DNA of 64,000 nt from Squalus acanthias. Lineage: Eukaryota. The DNA lies in assembly GCA_030390025.1 (NCBI GenBank), contig JASTWF010000033.1:1428001-1492000 (forward strand). The letters are read 5' to 3'. This document shows positions 49,101 to 61,100 of this stretch, in pieces. A model generated the notes under the pieces. It saw only the letters and a list, made by a program, of their open reading frames with translations, ran no database searches and was not told where the DNA came from. The translations under genes and the position numbers were made by a program. Positions within the stretch are counted from its first letter, which is position 1. Every line of letters starts with the position of its first letter.

Positions 49101-52100
49101 CCGGGTCCTGTCCTCGCTCCTGGGTCCCGTGCTCGCTCCTGGGTCTCATCCTTGCTCCTGGGTCCCGTCTTCGCTCCTGGGCCTCGTCCTCGCTCCTGGG
49201 CTTCGTCATCACTCCTGGGCCTCGTCCTCGCTCCTGGGCCTCGGCCTCGCTCCCGGGTCCTGTCCTCGCTCCTGGGTCCCGTGCTCGCTCCTGGGTCTCA
49301 TCCTTGCTCCTGGGTCCCGTCTTCGCTCCTGGGCCTCGTCCTCGCTCCTGGGCCTCGTCATCACTCCTGGGCCTCGTCCTCGCTCCTGGGCCTCGGCCTC
49401 GCTCCCGGGTCCTGTCCTCGCTCCTGGGTCCCGTGCTCGCTCCTGGGTCTCATCCTTGCTCCTGGGTCCCGTCCTCGCTCATGGGTCCCGTGCTCGCTCC
49501 TGGTTCCCGTCCTCGCTCCTGGGCTACGTCCTCGCTCCTGGGTCCCGTCCTCGCTCCTGGGTCCCGTGCTCGCTCCTGAGTCTCATCCTTGCTCCTGTGT
49601 CTCGTCCTCGCTCCTGGGCTACGTCCTCGCTCCTGGGTCCCGTCCTCGCTCCTGGGTCCCGTCCTCGCTCCTGGATCCCTTCCTAGCTCCTGGGTCCCGT
49701 CCTCGCTCCTGGGTCTCGTCCTCGCTCCTGTGTCCCGTCCTCGCTCCTGGGTCCCGTCCTCGCTCCTGGGTCCTGTCCTCGCACCTTGGTCTCGTCCTCG
49801 CTCCTGGGTCCCGTCCTCGCTCCTGGGTCCCGTGCTTGCTCCTGGGTCTCGTCCTCGCTCCTGGGTCCCGTCCTTGCTCCTGGGCCTCGGCCTCGCTCCC
49901 GGGTCCTGTCCTCGCTCCAGGGTCCCGTCCTCGCTCCTGGGTCTCGTCCTTGCTCCTGGGTCCTGTCCTCGCTCCTGGGTCTCGTCCTGGCTCCTGGGTC
50001 CCGTCCTCGGTCCTGGGTCCCGTGCTTGCTCCTGGGTCTCGTCCTCGCTCCTGTGTCCCGTCCTCGCTCCTGGGTCTCGTCCTCGCTCCTGGGTCCTGTC
50101 CTCGCACCTTGGTCTCGTCCTCGCTCCTGGGTCCCGTCCTCGCTCCTGGGTCCCGTGCTTGCTCCTGGGTCTCGTCCTCGCTCCTGGGTCCCGTCCTTGC
50201 TCCTGGGCCTCGGCCTCGCTCCCGGGTCCTGTCCTCGCTCCAGGGTCCCGTCCTCGCTCCTGGGTCTCGTCCTCGCTCCTGGGTCCTGTCCTCGCTCCTG
50301 GGTCTCGTCCTGGCTCCTGGGTCCCGTCCTCGGTCCTGGGTCCCGTGCTTGCTCCTGTGTCCCGTCATCGCTCCTGGCCCTCGTCTTCGCTCCTGGGCCT
50401 CGTCCTCACTCCTGGGTCCCGTCCTCGCTCCTGGGTCCCGTCCTCGCTCCTGGGTCCTGTGCTCACTCCTGGGTCCTGTGCTCGCTCCTGGCCCTCGTCT
50501 TCGCTCCTGGGCCTCGTCCTCAGTCCTGGGTCCCGTCCTCGCTCCTGGGTGCCGTCCTCGCTCCTGGGTCCCGTCCTCGCTCCTGGGTCCTGTGCTCGCT
50601 CCTGGGTCTCGTCGGACCTCCTGGGCCCCGTCCTTGCTCCTGCGTCCAGTCCTCACTCCTGGGTCCCGCCCTCACTCCTGGGTCCCGTCCTCGCTCCTGG
50701 GTCTCATCCTTGCTCCTGTGTCTCGTCCTCGCTCCTGGGTCCCGTCCTCGCTCCTGGGTCCCGTCCTAGCTCCTGGGTCCCGTCCTCGCTCATGGGTCCC
50801 GTGCTCGCTCCTGGTTCCCGTCCTCGCTCCTGGGCTACGTCCTCGCTCCTGGGTCCCGTCCTCGCTCCTGGGTCCCGTGCTCGCTCCTGAGTCTCATCCT
50901 TGCCCCTGTGTCTCGTCCTCGCTCCTGGGCTACGTCCTCGCTCCTGGGTACCGTCCTCGCTCCTGGGTCCCGTCCTCGCTCCTGGGACCCGTCCTCGCTC
51001 CTGGGTCCCGTCCTCGCTCCTGTGTACTGTCCTCGCTCCTGGGTCTCGTCCTCGCTCCTGGGTCTCGTCCTTGCTCCTGGGACTCGTCCTCGCTCCTGGG
51101 TACTGTCATCGCTCCTGGGCCTCGTCCTCGCTCCTAGGCCTCGTCCTCGCTCCTGGGTCTCATCCTCGCTCCTGGGTCCCGTCCTCGCTCCTGGGTCCCG
51201 TCCTCGCTCCTGGGTCCCGTCCATGCTCCTGGGTCCCCGTCCTCGCTCCTGGGTCCCGTCCATGCTCCTGGGCCTCGTCCTCGCTCCAGGGTCTCGTCCT
51301 CACTCCTGGGTCCCGTCCTCGCTCCTGGGCCTCGTCCTCGCTCCTGGGTCCTGTCCTCGCTCATGGGTCCCGTGCTCGCTCCTGGGTCTCATCCTTGCTC
51401 CTGTGTCTCGTCCTCGCTCCTGGGTCCCGTGCTCGCTCCTGGGTCTCATCCTTGCTCCTGGGTCCCGTCCTCGCTCATGGGTCCCGTGCTCGCTCCTGGT
51501 TCCCGTCCTCGCTCCTGGGTGTCGTCCTCGCTCGTGGGTTCCGTCCTCGCTCCTGGGTCTCGTCCGACCTCCTGGGCCCTGTCCTTGCTCCTGGGTCCAG
51601 TCCTCACTCCTGGGTCCCGCCCTCACTCCTGGGTCCCGCCCTCACTCCTGGGTCCCGCCCTCACTCCTGGGTCCCGCCCTCACTCCTGGTTTCCGCCCTC
51701 GCTCCTGGGTCCCATGCTCGCTCCTGGGTCCTGTCCTCGCTCCTGGGCCTCGTCATCACTCCTGGGCCTCGTCCTCGCTCCTGGGCCTCGGCCTCGCTCC
51801 CGGGTCCTGTCCTCGCTCCTGGGTCCCGTCCTAGCTCCTGGGTCCCGTCCTCGCTCATGGGTCCCGTGCTCGCTCCTGGTTCCCGTCCTCGCTCCTGGGC
51901 TACGTCCTCGCTCCTGGGTCCCGTCCTCGCTCCTGGGTCCCGTCCTCGCTCCTGGGTCCCGTCCTCGCTCCTGGGTCCCTTCCTAGCTCCTGGGTCCCGT
52001 CCTCGCTCCTGGGTCTCGTCCTCGCTCCTGGTCCCGTCCTCGCTCCTGGGTCTCGTCCTCGCTCCTGGGTCCCGTCCTCGCTCCTGGGTCCCGTCCTCGC

Positions 52101-55100
52101 TCCTGGGTCTCGTCCTCGCTCCTGGGTCTCGTCCTCGCTCCTGGGTCCTGTGCTCGCTCCTAGGTCCCGTCCTCGCTCCTGGGTCTCGTCCTCGCTCCTG
52201 GGTCCCGTCCTCGCTCCTGGGTCCCGTCCTCGCTCCTGGGTCCTGTCCTCGCTCCTGGGTCTCGTCCTCGCTCCTGGGTCTCGGCCTCGCTCCTGGGTCC
52301 CGTCCACGCTCGTGGGCTTCGTCCTTGCTCCTGGGCCTCGTCCTCGCTCCTGGGTCTCGTCCTTGCTCCTGGGACTCGTCCTCGCTCCTGGGTACTGTCA
52401 TCGCTCCTGGGCCTCGTCCTCGCTCCTGGGTCTCGTCCTTGCTCCTGGGACTCGTCCTCGCTCCTGGGTACTGTCATCGCTCCTGGGCCTCGTCCTCGCT
52501 CCTGGGCCTCGTCCTCGCTCCTGGGTCTCATCCTCGCTCCTGGGTCCCATCCTCGCTCCTGGGTCCCGTCCTCGCTCCTGGGTCCCGTCCATGCTCCTGG
52601 GCCTCGTCCTCGCTCCTGGGTCCCGTCTTCGCTCCTGGGCCTCGTCCTCGCTCCTGGGCCTCGTCATCACTCCTGGGCCTCGTCCTCGCTCCTGGGCCTC
52701 GGCCTCGCTCCCGGGTCCTGTCCTCGCTCCTGGGTCCCGTGCTCGCTCCTGGGTCTCATCCTTGCTCCTGTGTCTCGTCCTCGCTCCTGGGTCCCGTCCT
52801 CGCTCATGGGTCCCGTGCTCGCTCCTGGTTCCCGTCCTCGCTCCTGGGCTAAGTTCTCGCTCCTGGGTCCCGTCCTCGCTCCTGGGTCCCGTCCTCGCTC
52901 CTGGGTCCCTTCCTAGCTCCTGGGTCCCGTCCTCGCTCCTGGGTCTCGTCCTCGCTCTGTGTCCCGTCCTCGCTCCTGGGTCTCGTCCTCGCTCCTGGGT
53001 CCTGTCATCACACCTGGGTCTCGTCCTCGCTCCTGGGTCCCGTCCTCGCTCCTGGGTCCCGTCCTCGCTCCTGGGTCCTGTCCTCGCACCTTGGTCTCGT
53101 CCTCGCTCCTGGGTCCCGTCCTCGCTCCTGGGTCCCGTGCTCGCTCCTGGGTCTCGTCCTCGCTCCTGGGTCCCGTCCTTGCTCCTGGGCCTCGGCCTCG
53201 CTCCCGGGTCCTGTCCTCGCTCCAGGGTCCCGTCCTCGCTCCTGGGTCTCGTCCTCGCTCCTGGGTCCTGTCCTCGCTCCAGGGTCCCGTCCTCGCTCCT
53301 GGGTCTCGTCCTCGCTCCTGGGTCCTGTCCTCGCTCCTGGGTCTTGTCCTGGCTCCTGGGTCCCGTCCTCGGTCCTGGGTCCCGTGCTTGCTCCTGGGTC
53401 CCGTCATCGCTCCTGGCCCTCGTCTTCGCTCCTGGGCCTCGTCCTCACTCCTGGGTCCCGTCCTCGCTCCTGGGTGCCGTCCTCGCTCCTGGGTACCGTC
53501 CTCGCTCCTGGGTGCCGTCCTCGCTCCTGGGTCCCGTCCTCGCTCCTGGGTGTCGTCCTCGCTCGTGGGTTCCGTCCTCGCTCGTGGGTCCCGTCCTCGC
53601 TCCTGGGTCTCGTCCGACCTCCTGGGTGTCGTCCTCGCTCGTGGGTTCCGTCCTCGCTCCTGGGTCCCGTCCTCGCTCCTGGGTCTCGTCCGACCTCCTG
53701 GGCCCCGTCCTTGCTCCTGGGTCCAGTCCTCACTCCTGGGTCCCGCCCTCACTCCTGGGTCCCGCCCTCACTCCTGGGTCCCGCCCTCACTCCTGGGTCC
53801 CGCCCTCACTCCTGGTTTCCGCCCTCGCTCCTGGGTCCCGTGCTCGCTCCTGGGTACTGTCCTCGCTCCTGGGCCTCGTTATCACTCCTGGGCCTCGTCC
53901 TCGCTCCTGGGACTCGTCCTCGCTCCTGGGTACTGTCATCGCTCCTGGGCCTCGTCCTCGCTCCTGGGTCTCGTCCTTGCTCCTGGGACTCGTCCTCGCT
54001 CCTGGGTACTGTCATCGCTCCTGGGCCTCGTCCTCGCTCCTGGGCCTCGTCCTCGCTCCTGGGTCTCATCCTCGCTCCTGGGTCCCATCCTCGCTCCTGG
54101 GTCCCGTCCTCGCTCCTGGGTCCCGTCCATGCTCCTGGGCCTCGTCCTCGCTCCTGGGTCCCGTCTTCGCTCCTGGGCCTCGTCCTCGCTCCTGGGCCTC
54201 GTCATCACTCCTGGGCCTCGTCCTCGCTCCTGGGCCTCGGCCTCGCTCCCGGGTCCTGTCCTCGCTCCTGGGTCCCGTGCTCGCTCCTGGGTCTCATCCT
54301 TGCTCCTGTGTCTCGTCCTCGCTCCTGGGTCCCGTCCTCGCTCATGGGTCCCGTGCTCGCTCCTGGTTCCCGTCCTCGCTCCTGGGCTAAGTTCTCGCTC
54401 CTGGGTCCCGTCCTCGCTCCTGGGTCCCGTCCTCGCTCCTGGGTCCCTTCCTAGCTCCTGGGTCCCGTCCTCGCTCCTGGGTCTCGTCCTCGCTCTGTGT
54501 CCCGTCCTCGCTCCTGGGTCTCGTCCTCGCTCCTGGGTCCTGTCATCACACCTGGGTCTCGTCCTCGCTCCTGGGTCCCGTCCTCGCTCCTGGGTCCCGT
54601 CCTCGCTCCTGGGTCCTGTCCTCGCACCTTGGTCTCGTCCTCGCTCCTGGGTCCCGTCCTCGCTCCTGGGTCCCGTGCTCGCTCCTGGGTCTCGTCCTCG
54701 CTCCTGGGTCCCGTCCTTGCTCCTGGGCCTCGGCCTCGCTCCCGGGTCCTGTCCTCGCTCCAGGGTCCCGTCCTCGCTCCTGGGTCTCGTCCTCGCTCCT
54801 GGGTCCTGTCCTCGCTCCAGGGTCCCGTCCTCGCTCCTGGGTCTCGTCCTCGCTCCTGGGTCCTGTCCTCGCTCCTGGGTCTTGTCCTGGCTCCTGGGTC
54901 CCGTCCTCGGTCCTGGGTCCCGTGCTTGCTCCTGGGTCCCGTCATCGCTCCTGGCCCTCGTCTTCGCTCCTGGGCCTCGTCCTCACTCCTGGGTCCCGTC
55001 CTCGCTCCTGGGTGCCGTCCTCGCTCCTGGGTACCGTCCTCGCTCCTGGGTGCCGTCCTCGCTCCTGGGTCCCGTCCTCGCTCCTGGGTGTCGTCCTCGC

Positions 55101-58100
55101 TCGTGGGTTCCGTCCTCGCTCGTGGGTCCCGTCCTCGCTCCTGGGTCTCGTCCGACCTCCTGGGTGTCGTCCTCGCTCGTGGGTTCCGTCCTCGCTCCTG
55201 GGTCCCGTCCTCGCTCCTGGGTCTCGTCCGACCTCCTGGGCCCCGTCCTTGCTCCTGGGTCCAGTCCTCACTCCTGGGTCCCGCCCTCACTCCTGGGTCC
55301 CGCCCTCACTCCTGGGTCCCGCCCTCACTCCTGGGTCCCGCCCTCACTCCTGGTTTCCGCCCTCGCTCCTGGGTCCCGTGCTCGCTCCTGGGTACTGTCC
55401 TCGCTCCTGGGCCTCGTTATCACTCCTGGGCCTCGTCCTCGCTCCTGGGCCTCGGCCTCGCTCCCGGGTCCTGTCCTCGCTCTTGGGTCCCGTGCTCGCT
55501 CCTGGGTCTCATCCTTGCTCCTGTGTCTCGTCCTCGCTCCTGGGTCCGGTCCTCGCTCCTGGGTCCCGTCCTCGCTCCTGGGTCCCGTCCTCGCTCATGG
55601 GTCCCGTGCTCGCTCCTGGTTCCCGTCCTCGCTCCTGGGCTACGGTCTCGCTCCTGGGTCCCGTCCTCGCTCCTGGGTCCCGTGCTCGCTCCTGAGTCTC
55701 ATCCTTGCCCCTGTGTCTCGTCCTCGCTCCTGGGCTACGTCCTCGCTCCTGGGTCCAGTGCTCGCTCCTGGTTCCGTCCTCGCTCCTGGGTCCCGTCCTC
55801 GCTCCTGGCTCCCCTCCTCGCTCCTGGGTCCCGTCCTCGCTCCTGGGCTACGTACTCGCTCCTGGGTCCCGTCCTCGCTCCTGGGTCCCGTCCTCGCTCC
55901 TGGGTCCCTTCCTAGCTCCTGGGTCTCGTCCTCGCTCCTGTGTCCCGTCCTCGCTCCTGGGTCTCGTCCTCGCTCCTGGGTCCTGTCATCACACCTGGGT
56001 CTCGTCCTCGCTCCTGGGTCCTGTCCTCGCACCTTGGTCTCGTCCTTGCTCCTGGGTCCCGTCCTCGGTCCTGGGTCCCGTCCTCGCTCCTGGGTCCCTT
56101 CCTAGCTCCTGGGTCCCGTCCTCACTCCTGGGCCTCGTCCTCGCTCCTGGGTCCTGTCCTCGCTCCTGGGCCTTGGCCTCGCTCCTGGGTCCTGTCCTCG
56201 CTCCTGGGTCTCGTCCTCGCTCCTGGGACCCGTCCTCGCTCCTGCGCCTCGTCCTCGCTCCTGGGTCCCGTCCTCGCTCCTGGGTCCCTTCCTCGCTCCT
56301 GGGTCCCGTCCTCGCTCCTGGGTCTCGTCCTCGCTCCTGGGCCTCGTCCTCGCTCCTGGCTCCCGTCCTCGCTCCTGGGTCTTGTCCTCGCTCCTGTGTC
56401 CCGTCCTCGCTCCTGGGTCTCGTCCTCGCTCCTGGGTCCTGTCATCACACCTGGGTCTCGTCCTCGCTCCTGGGTCCTGTCCTCGCACCTTGGTCTCGTC
56501 CTCGCTCCTGGGTCCCGTCCTCGCTCCTGGGTCCCGTGCTCACTCCTGGGTCTCGTCCTCGCTCCTGGGTCCCGTCCTTGCTCCTGGGCCTCGGCCTCGC
56601 TCCCGGGTCCTGTCCTCGCTTCAGGGTCCCGTCCTCGCTCCTGGGTCTCGTCCTCGCTCCTGGGTCTCGTCCTCGCTCCTGGGTCCTGTCCTCGCTCCTG
56701 GGTCTCGTCCTGGCTCCTGGGCCCCGTCCTCGGTCCTGGGTCCCGTGCTTGCTCCAGGGTCCCGTCATCGCTCCTGGCCCTCGTCTTCGCTCCTGGGCCT
56801 CATCCTCACTCCTGTGCCTGTCCTCGCTCCTGGGTCCCGTCCTCGCTCCTGGGTCCTGTGCTCGCTCCTGGGTCCTGTGCTCGCTCCTGGCCCTCGTCTT
56901 CGCTCCTGGGTCTCGTCCTCACTCCTGGGTCCCGTCCTCGCTCCTGGGTCCCGTCCTCGCTCCTGGGTCCTGTCCTCGCACCTTGGTCTCGTCCTCGCTC
57001 CTGGGTCCCGTCCTCGCTCCTGGGTCCCGTGCTCGCTCCTGGGTCTCGTCCTCGCTCCTGGGTCCCGTCCTTGCTCCTGGGCCTCGGCCTCGCTCCCGGG
57101 TCCTGTCCTCGCTCCAGGGTCCCGTCCTCGCTCCTGGGTCTCGTCCTCGCTCCTGGGTCCTGTCCTCGCTCCAGGGTCCCGTCCTCGCTCCTGGGTCTCG
57201 TCCTCGCTCCTGGGTCCTGTCCTCGCTCCTGGGTCTTGTCCTGGCTCCTGGGTCCCGTCCTCGGTCCTGGGTCCCGTGCTTGCTCCTGGGTCCCGTCATC
57301 GCTCCTGGCCCTCGTCTTCGCTCCTGGGCCTCGTCCTCACTCCTGGGTCCCGTCCTCGCTCCTGGGTGCCGTCCTCGCTCCTGGGTACCGTCCTCGCTCC
57401 TGGGTGCCGTCCTCGCTCCTGGGTCCCGTCCTCGCTCCTGGGTGTCGTCCTCGCTCGTGGGTTCCGTCCTCGCTCGTGGGTCCCGTCCTCGCTCCTGGGT
57501 CTCGTCCGACCTCCTGGGTGTCGTCCTCGCTCGTGGGTTCCGTCCTCGCTCCTGGGTCCCGTCCTCGCTCCTGGGTCTCGTCCGACCTCCTGGGCCCCGT
57601 CCTTGCTCCTGGGTCCAGTCCTCACTCCTGGGTCCCGCCCTCACTCCTGGGTCCCGCCCTCACTCCTGGGTCCCGCCCTCACTCCTGGGTCCCGCCCTCA
57701 CTCCTGGTTTCCGCCCTCGCTCCTGGGTCCCGTGCTCGCTCCTGGGTACTGTCCTCGCTCCTGGGCCTCGTTATCACTCCTGGGCCTCGTCCTCGCTCCT
57801 GGGCCTCGGCCTCGCTCCCGGGTCCTGTCCTCGCTCTTGGGTCCCGTGCTCGCTCCTGGGTCTCATCCTTGCTCCTGTGTCTCGTCCTCGCTCCTGGGTC
57901 CGGTCCTCGCTCCTGGGTCCCGTCCTCGCTCCTGGGTCCCGTCCTCGCTCATGGGTCCCGTGCTCGCTCCTGGTTCCCGTCCTCGCTCCTGGGCTACGGT
58001 CTCGCTCCTGGGTCCCGTCCTCGCTCCTGGGTCCCGTGCTCGCTCCTGAGTCTCATCCTTGCCCCTGTGTCTCGTCCTCGCTCCTGGGCTACGTCCTCGC

Positions 58101-61100
58101 TCCTGGGTCCAGTGCTCGCTCCTGGTTCCCGTCCTCGCTCCTGGGTCCCGTCCTCGCTCCTGGCTCCCCTCCTTGCTCCTGGGTCCCGTCCTCGCTCCAG
58201 GGTCCCGTCCTCGCTCCTGGGTCTCGTCCTCGCTCCTGGGTCCTGTCCTCGCTCCTGGGTCTCGTCCTGGCTCCTGGGTCCCGTCCTCGGTCCTGGGTCC
58301 CGTGCTTGCTCCTGTGTCCCGTCATCGCTCCTGGCCCTCGTCTTCGCTCCTGGGCCTCGTCCTCACTCCTGGGTCCCGTCCTCGCTCCTGGGTCCCGTCC
58401 TCGCTCCTGGGTCCTGTGCTCACTCCTGGGTCTTGTGCTCGCTCCTGGCCCTCGTCTTCGCTCCTGGGCCTCGTCCTCAGTCCTGGGTCCCGTCCTCGCT
58501 CCTGGGTGCCGTCCTCGCTCCTGGGTCCCGTCCTCGCTCCTGGGTCCTGTGCTCGCTCCTGGGTCTCGTCGGACCTCCTGGGCCCCGTCCTTGCTCCTGC
58601 GTCCAGTCCTCACTCCTGGGTCCCGCCCTCACTCCTGGGTCCCGCCCTCACTCCTGGGTCCCGCCCTCACTCCTGGTTTCCGCCCTCGCTCCTGGGTCCC
58701 GTGCTCGCTCCTGGGTCCTGTCCTCGCTCCTGGGCCTCGTCATCACTCCTGGGCCTCGTCCTCGCTCCTGGGCCTCGGCCTCGCTCCCGGGTCCTGTCCT
58801 CGCTCCCGGGTCCTGTCCTCGCTCCTGGGTCTCATCCTTGCTCCTGTGTCTCGTCCTCGCTCCTGGGTCCCGTCCTCGCTCCTGGGTCCCGTCCTAGCTC
58901 CTGGGTCCCGTCCTCGCTCATGGGTCCCGTGCTCTCTCCTGGTTCCCGTCCTCGCTCCTGGGCTACGTCCTCGCTCCTGGGTCCCGTCCTCGCTCCTGGG
59001 TCCCGTGCTCGCTCCTGAGTCTCATCCTTGCCCCTGTGTCTCGTCCTCGCTCCTGGGCTACGTCCTCGCTCCTGGGTCCCGTCCTCGCTCCTGGGTCCCG
59101 TCCTCGCTCCTGGGACCCGTCCTCGCTCCTGGGTCCCGTCCTCGCTCCTGTGTACTGTCCTCGCTCCTGGGTCTCGTCCTCGCTCCTGGGTCTCGTCCTT
59201 GCTCCTGGGACTCGTCCTCGCTCCTGGGTACTGTCATCGCTCCTGGGCCTCGTCCTCGCTCCTGGGCCTCGTCCTCGCTCCTGGGTCTCATCCTCGCTCC
59301 TGGGTCCCGTCCTCGCTCCTGGGTCCCGTCCTCGCTCCTGGGTCCCGTCCATGCTCCTGGGTCCCCGTCCTCGCTCCTGGGTCCCGTCCATGCTCCTGGG
59401 CCTCGTCCTCGCTCCAGGGTCTCGTCCTCACTCCTGGGTCCCGTCCTCGCTCCTGGGCCTCGTCCTCGCTCCTGGGTCCTGTCCTCGCTCATGGGTCCCG
59501 TGCTCGCTCCTGGGTCTCATCCTTGCTCCTGTGTCTCGTCCTCGCTCCTGGGTCCCGTGCTCGCTCCTGGGTCTCATCCTTGCTCCTGGGTCCCGTCCTC
59601 GCTCATGGGTCCCGTGCTCGCTCCTGGTTCCCGTCCTCGCTCCTGGGTGTCGTCCTCGCTCGTGGGTTCCGTCCTCGCTCCTGGGTCTCGTCCGACCTCC
59701 TGGGCCCTGTCCTTGCTCCTGGGTCCAGTCCTCACTCCTGGGTCCCGCCCTCACTCCTGGGTCCCGCCCTCACTCCTGGCTCCCGCCCTCACTCCTGGGT
59801 CCCGCCCTCACTCCTGGTTTCCGCCCTCGCTCCTGCGTCCCGTGCTCGCTCCTGGGTCCTGTCCTCGCTCCTGGGCCTCGTCATCACTCCTGGGCCTCGT
59901 CCTCGCTCCTGGGCCTCGGCCTCGCTCCCGGGTCCTGTCCTCGCTCCTGGGTCCCGTCCTAGCTCCTGGGTCCCGTTCTCGCTCATGGGTCCCGTGCTCG
60001 CTCCTGGTTCCCGTCCTCGCTCCTGGGCTACGTCCTCGCTCCTGGGTCCCGTCCTCGCTCCTGGGTCCCGTCCTCGCTCCTGGGTCCCGTCCTCGCTCCT
60101 GGGTCCCTTCCTAGCTCCTGGGTCCCGTCCTCGCTCCTGGGTCTCGTCCTCGCTCCTCTGTCCCGTCCTCGCTCCTGGGTCTCGTCCTCGCTCCTGGGCT
60201 ACGTCCTCGCTCCTGGATCCCGTCCTCGCTCTTGGGTCTCGTCCTCGCTCCTGGGTCTCGTCCTCGCTCCTGGGTCCTGTGCTCGCTCCTGGGTCCCGTC
60301 CTCGCTCCTGGGTCTCGTCCTCGCTCCTGGGTCCCGTCCTCGCTCCTGGGTCCCGTCCTCGCTCCTGGGTCCTGTCCTCGCTCCTGGGTCTCGTCCTCGC
60401 TCCTGGGTCTCGGCCTCGCTCCTGGGTCCCGTCCACGCTCGTGGGCTTCGTCCTTGCTCCTGGGCCTCGTCCTCGCTCCTGGGTCTCGTCTTGCTCCTGG
60501 GACTCGTCCTCGCTCCTGGGTACTGTCATCGCTCCTGGGCCTCGTCCTCGCTCCTGGGCCTCGTCCTCGCTCCTGGGTCTCATCCTCGCTCCTGGGTCCC
60601 GTCCTCGCTCCTGGGTCCCGTCCTCGCTCTGGGTCCCGTCCATGCTCCTGGGCCTCGTCCTCGCTCCAGGGTCTCGTCTCGCTCCTGGGTCCCGTCCTCG
60701 CTCCTGGGCCTCGTCCTCGCTCCTGGGCCTCGTCATCACTCCTGGGCCTCGTCCTCGCTCCTGGGCCTCGTCCTCGCTCCCGGGTCCTGTCCTCGCTCCT
60801 GGGTCCCGTGCTCGCTCCTGGGTCTCATCCTTGCTCCTGTGTCTCGTCCTCGCTCCTGGGTCCCGTCCTCGCTCCTGGGTCCCGTGCTCGCTCCTGGGTC
60901 CCGTCCTCGCTCCTGGGTCACGTGCTCGCTCCTGGGTCCCGTCCTCGCTCCTGGGTCCCGTCCTCGCTCCTGGGTCCCGTCCTAGCTCCTGGGTCCCGTC
61001 TCGCTCCTGGTCTCGTCCTCGCTCTGTGTCCCGTCCTCGCTCCTGGGCTACGTCCTCGCTCCTGGGTCCGTCCTCGCTCCTGGGTCTCGTCCTCGCTCCT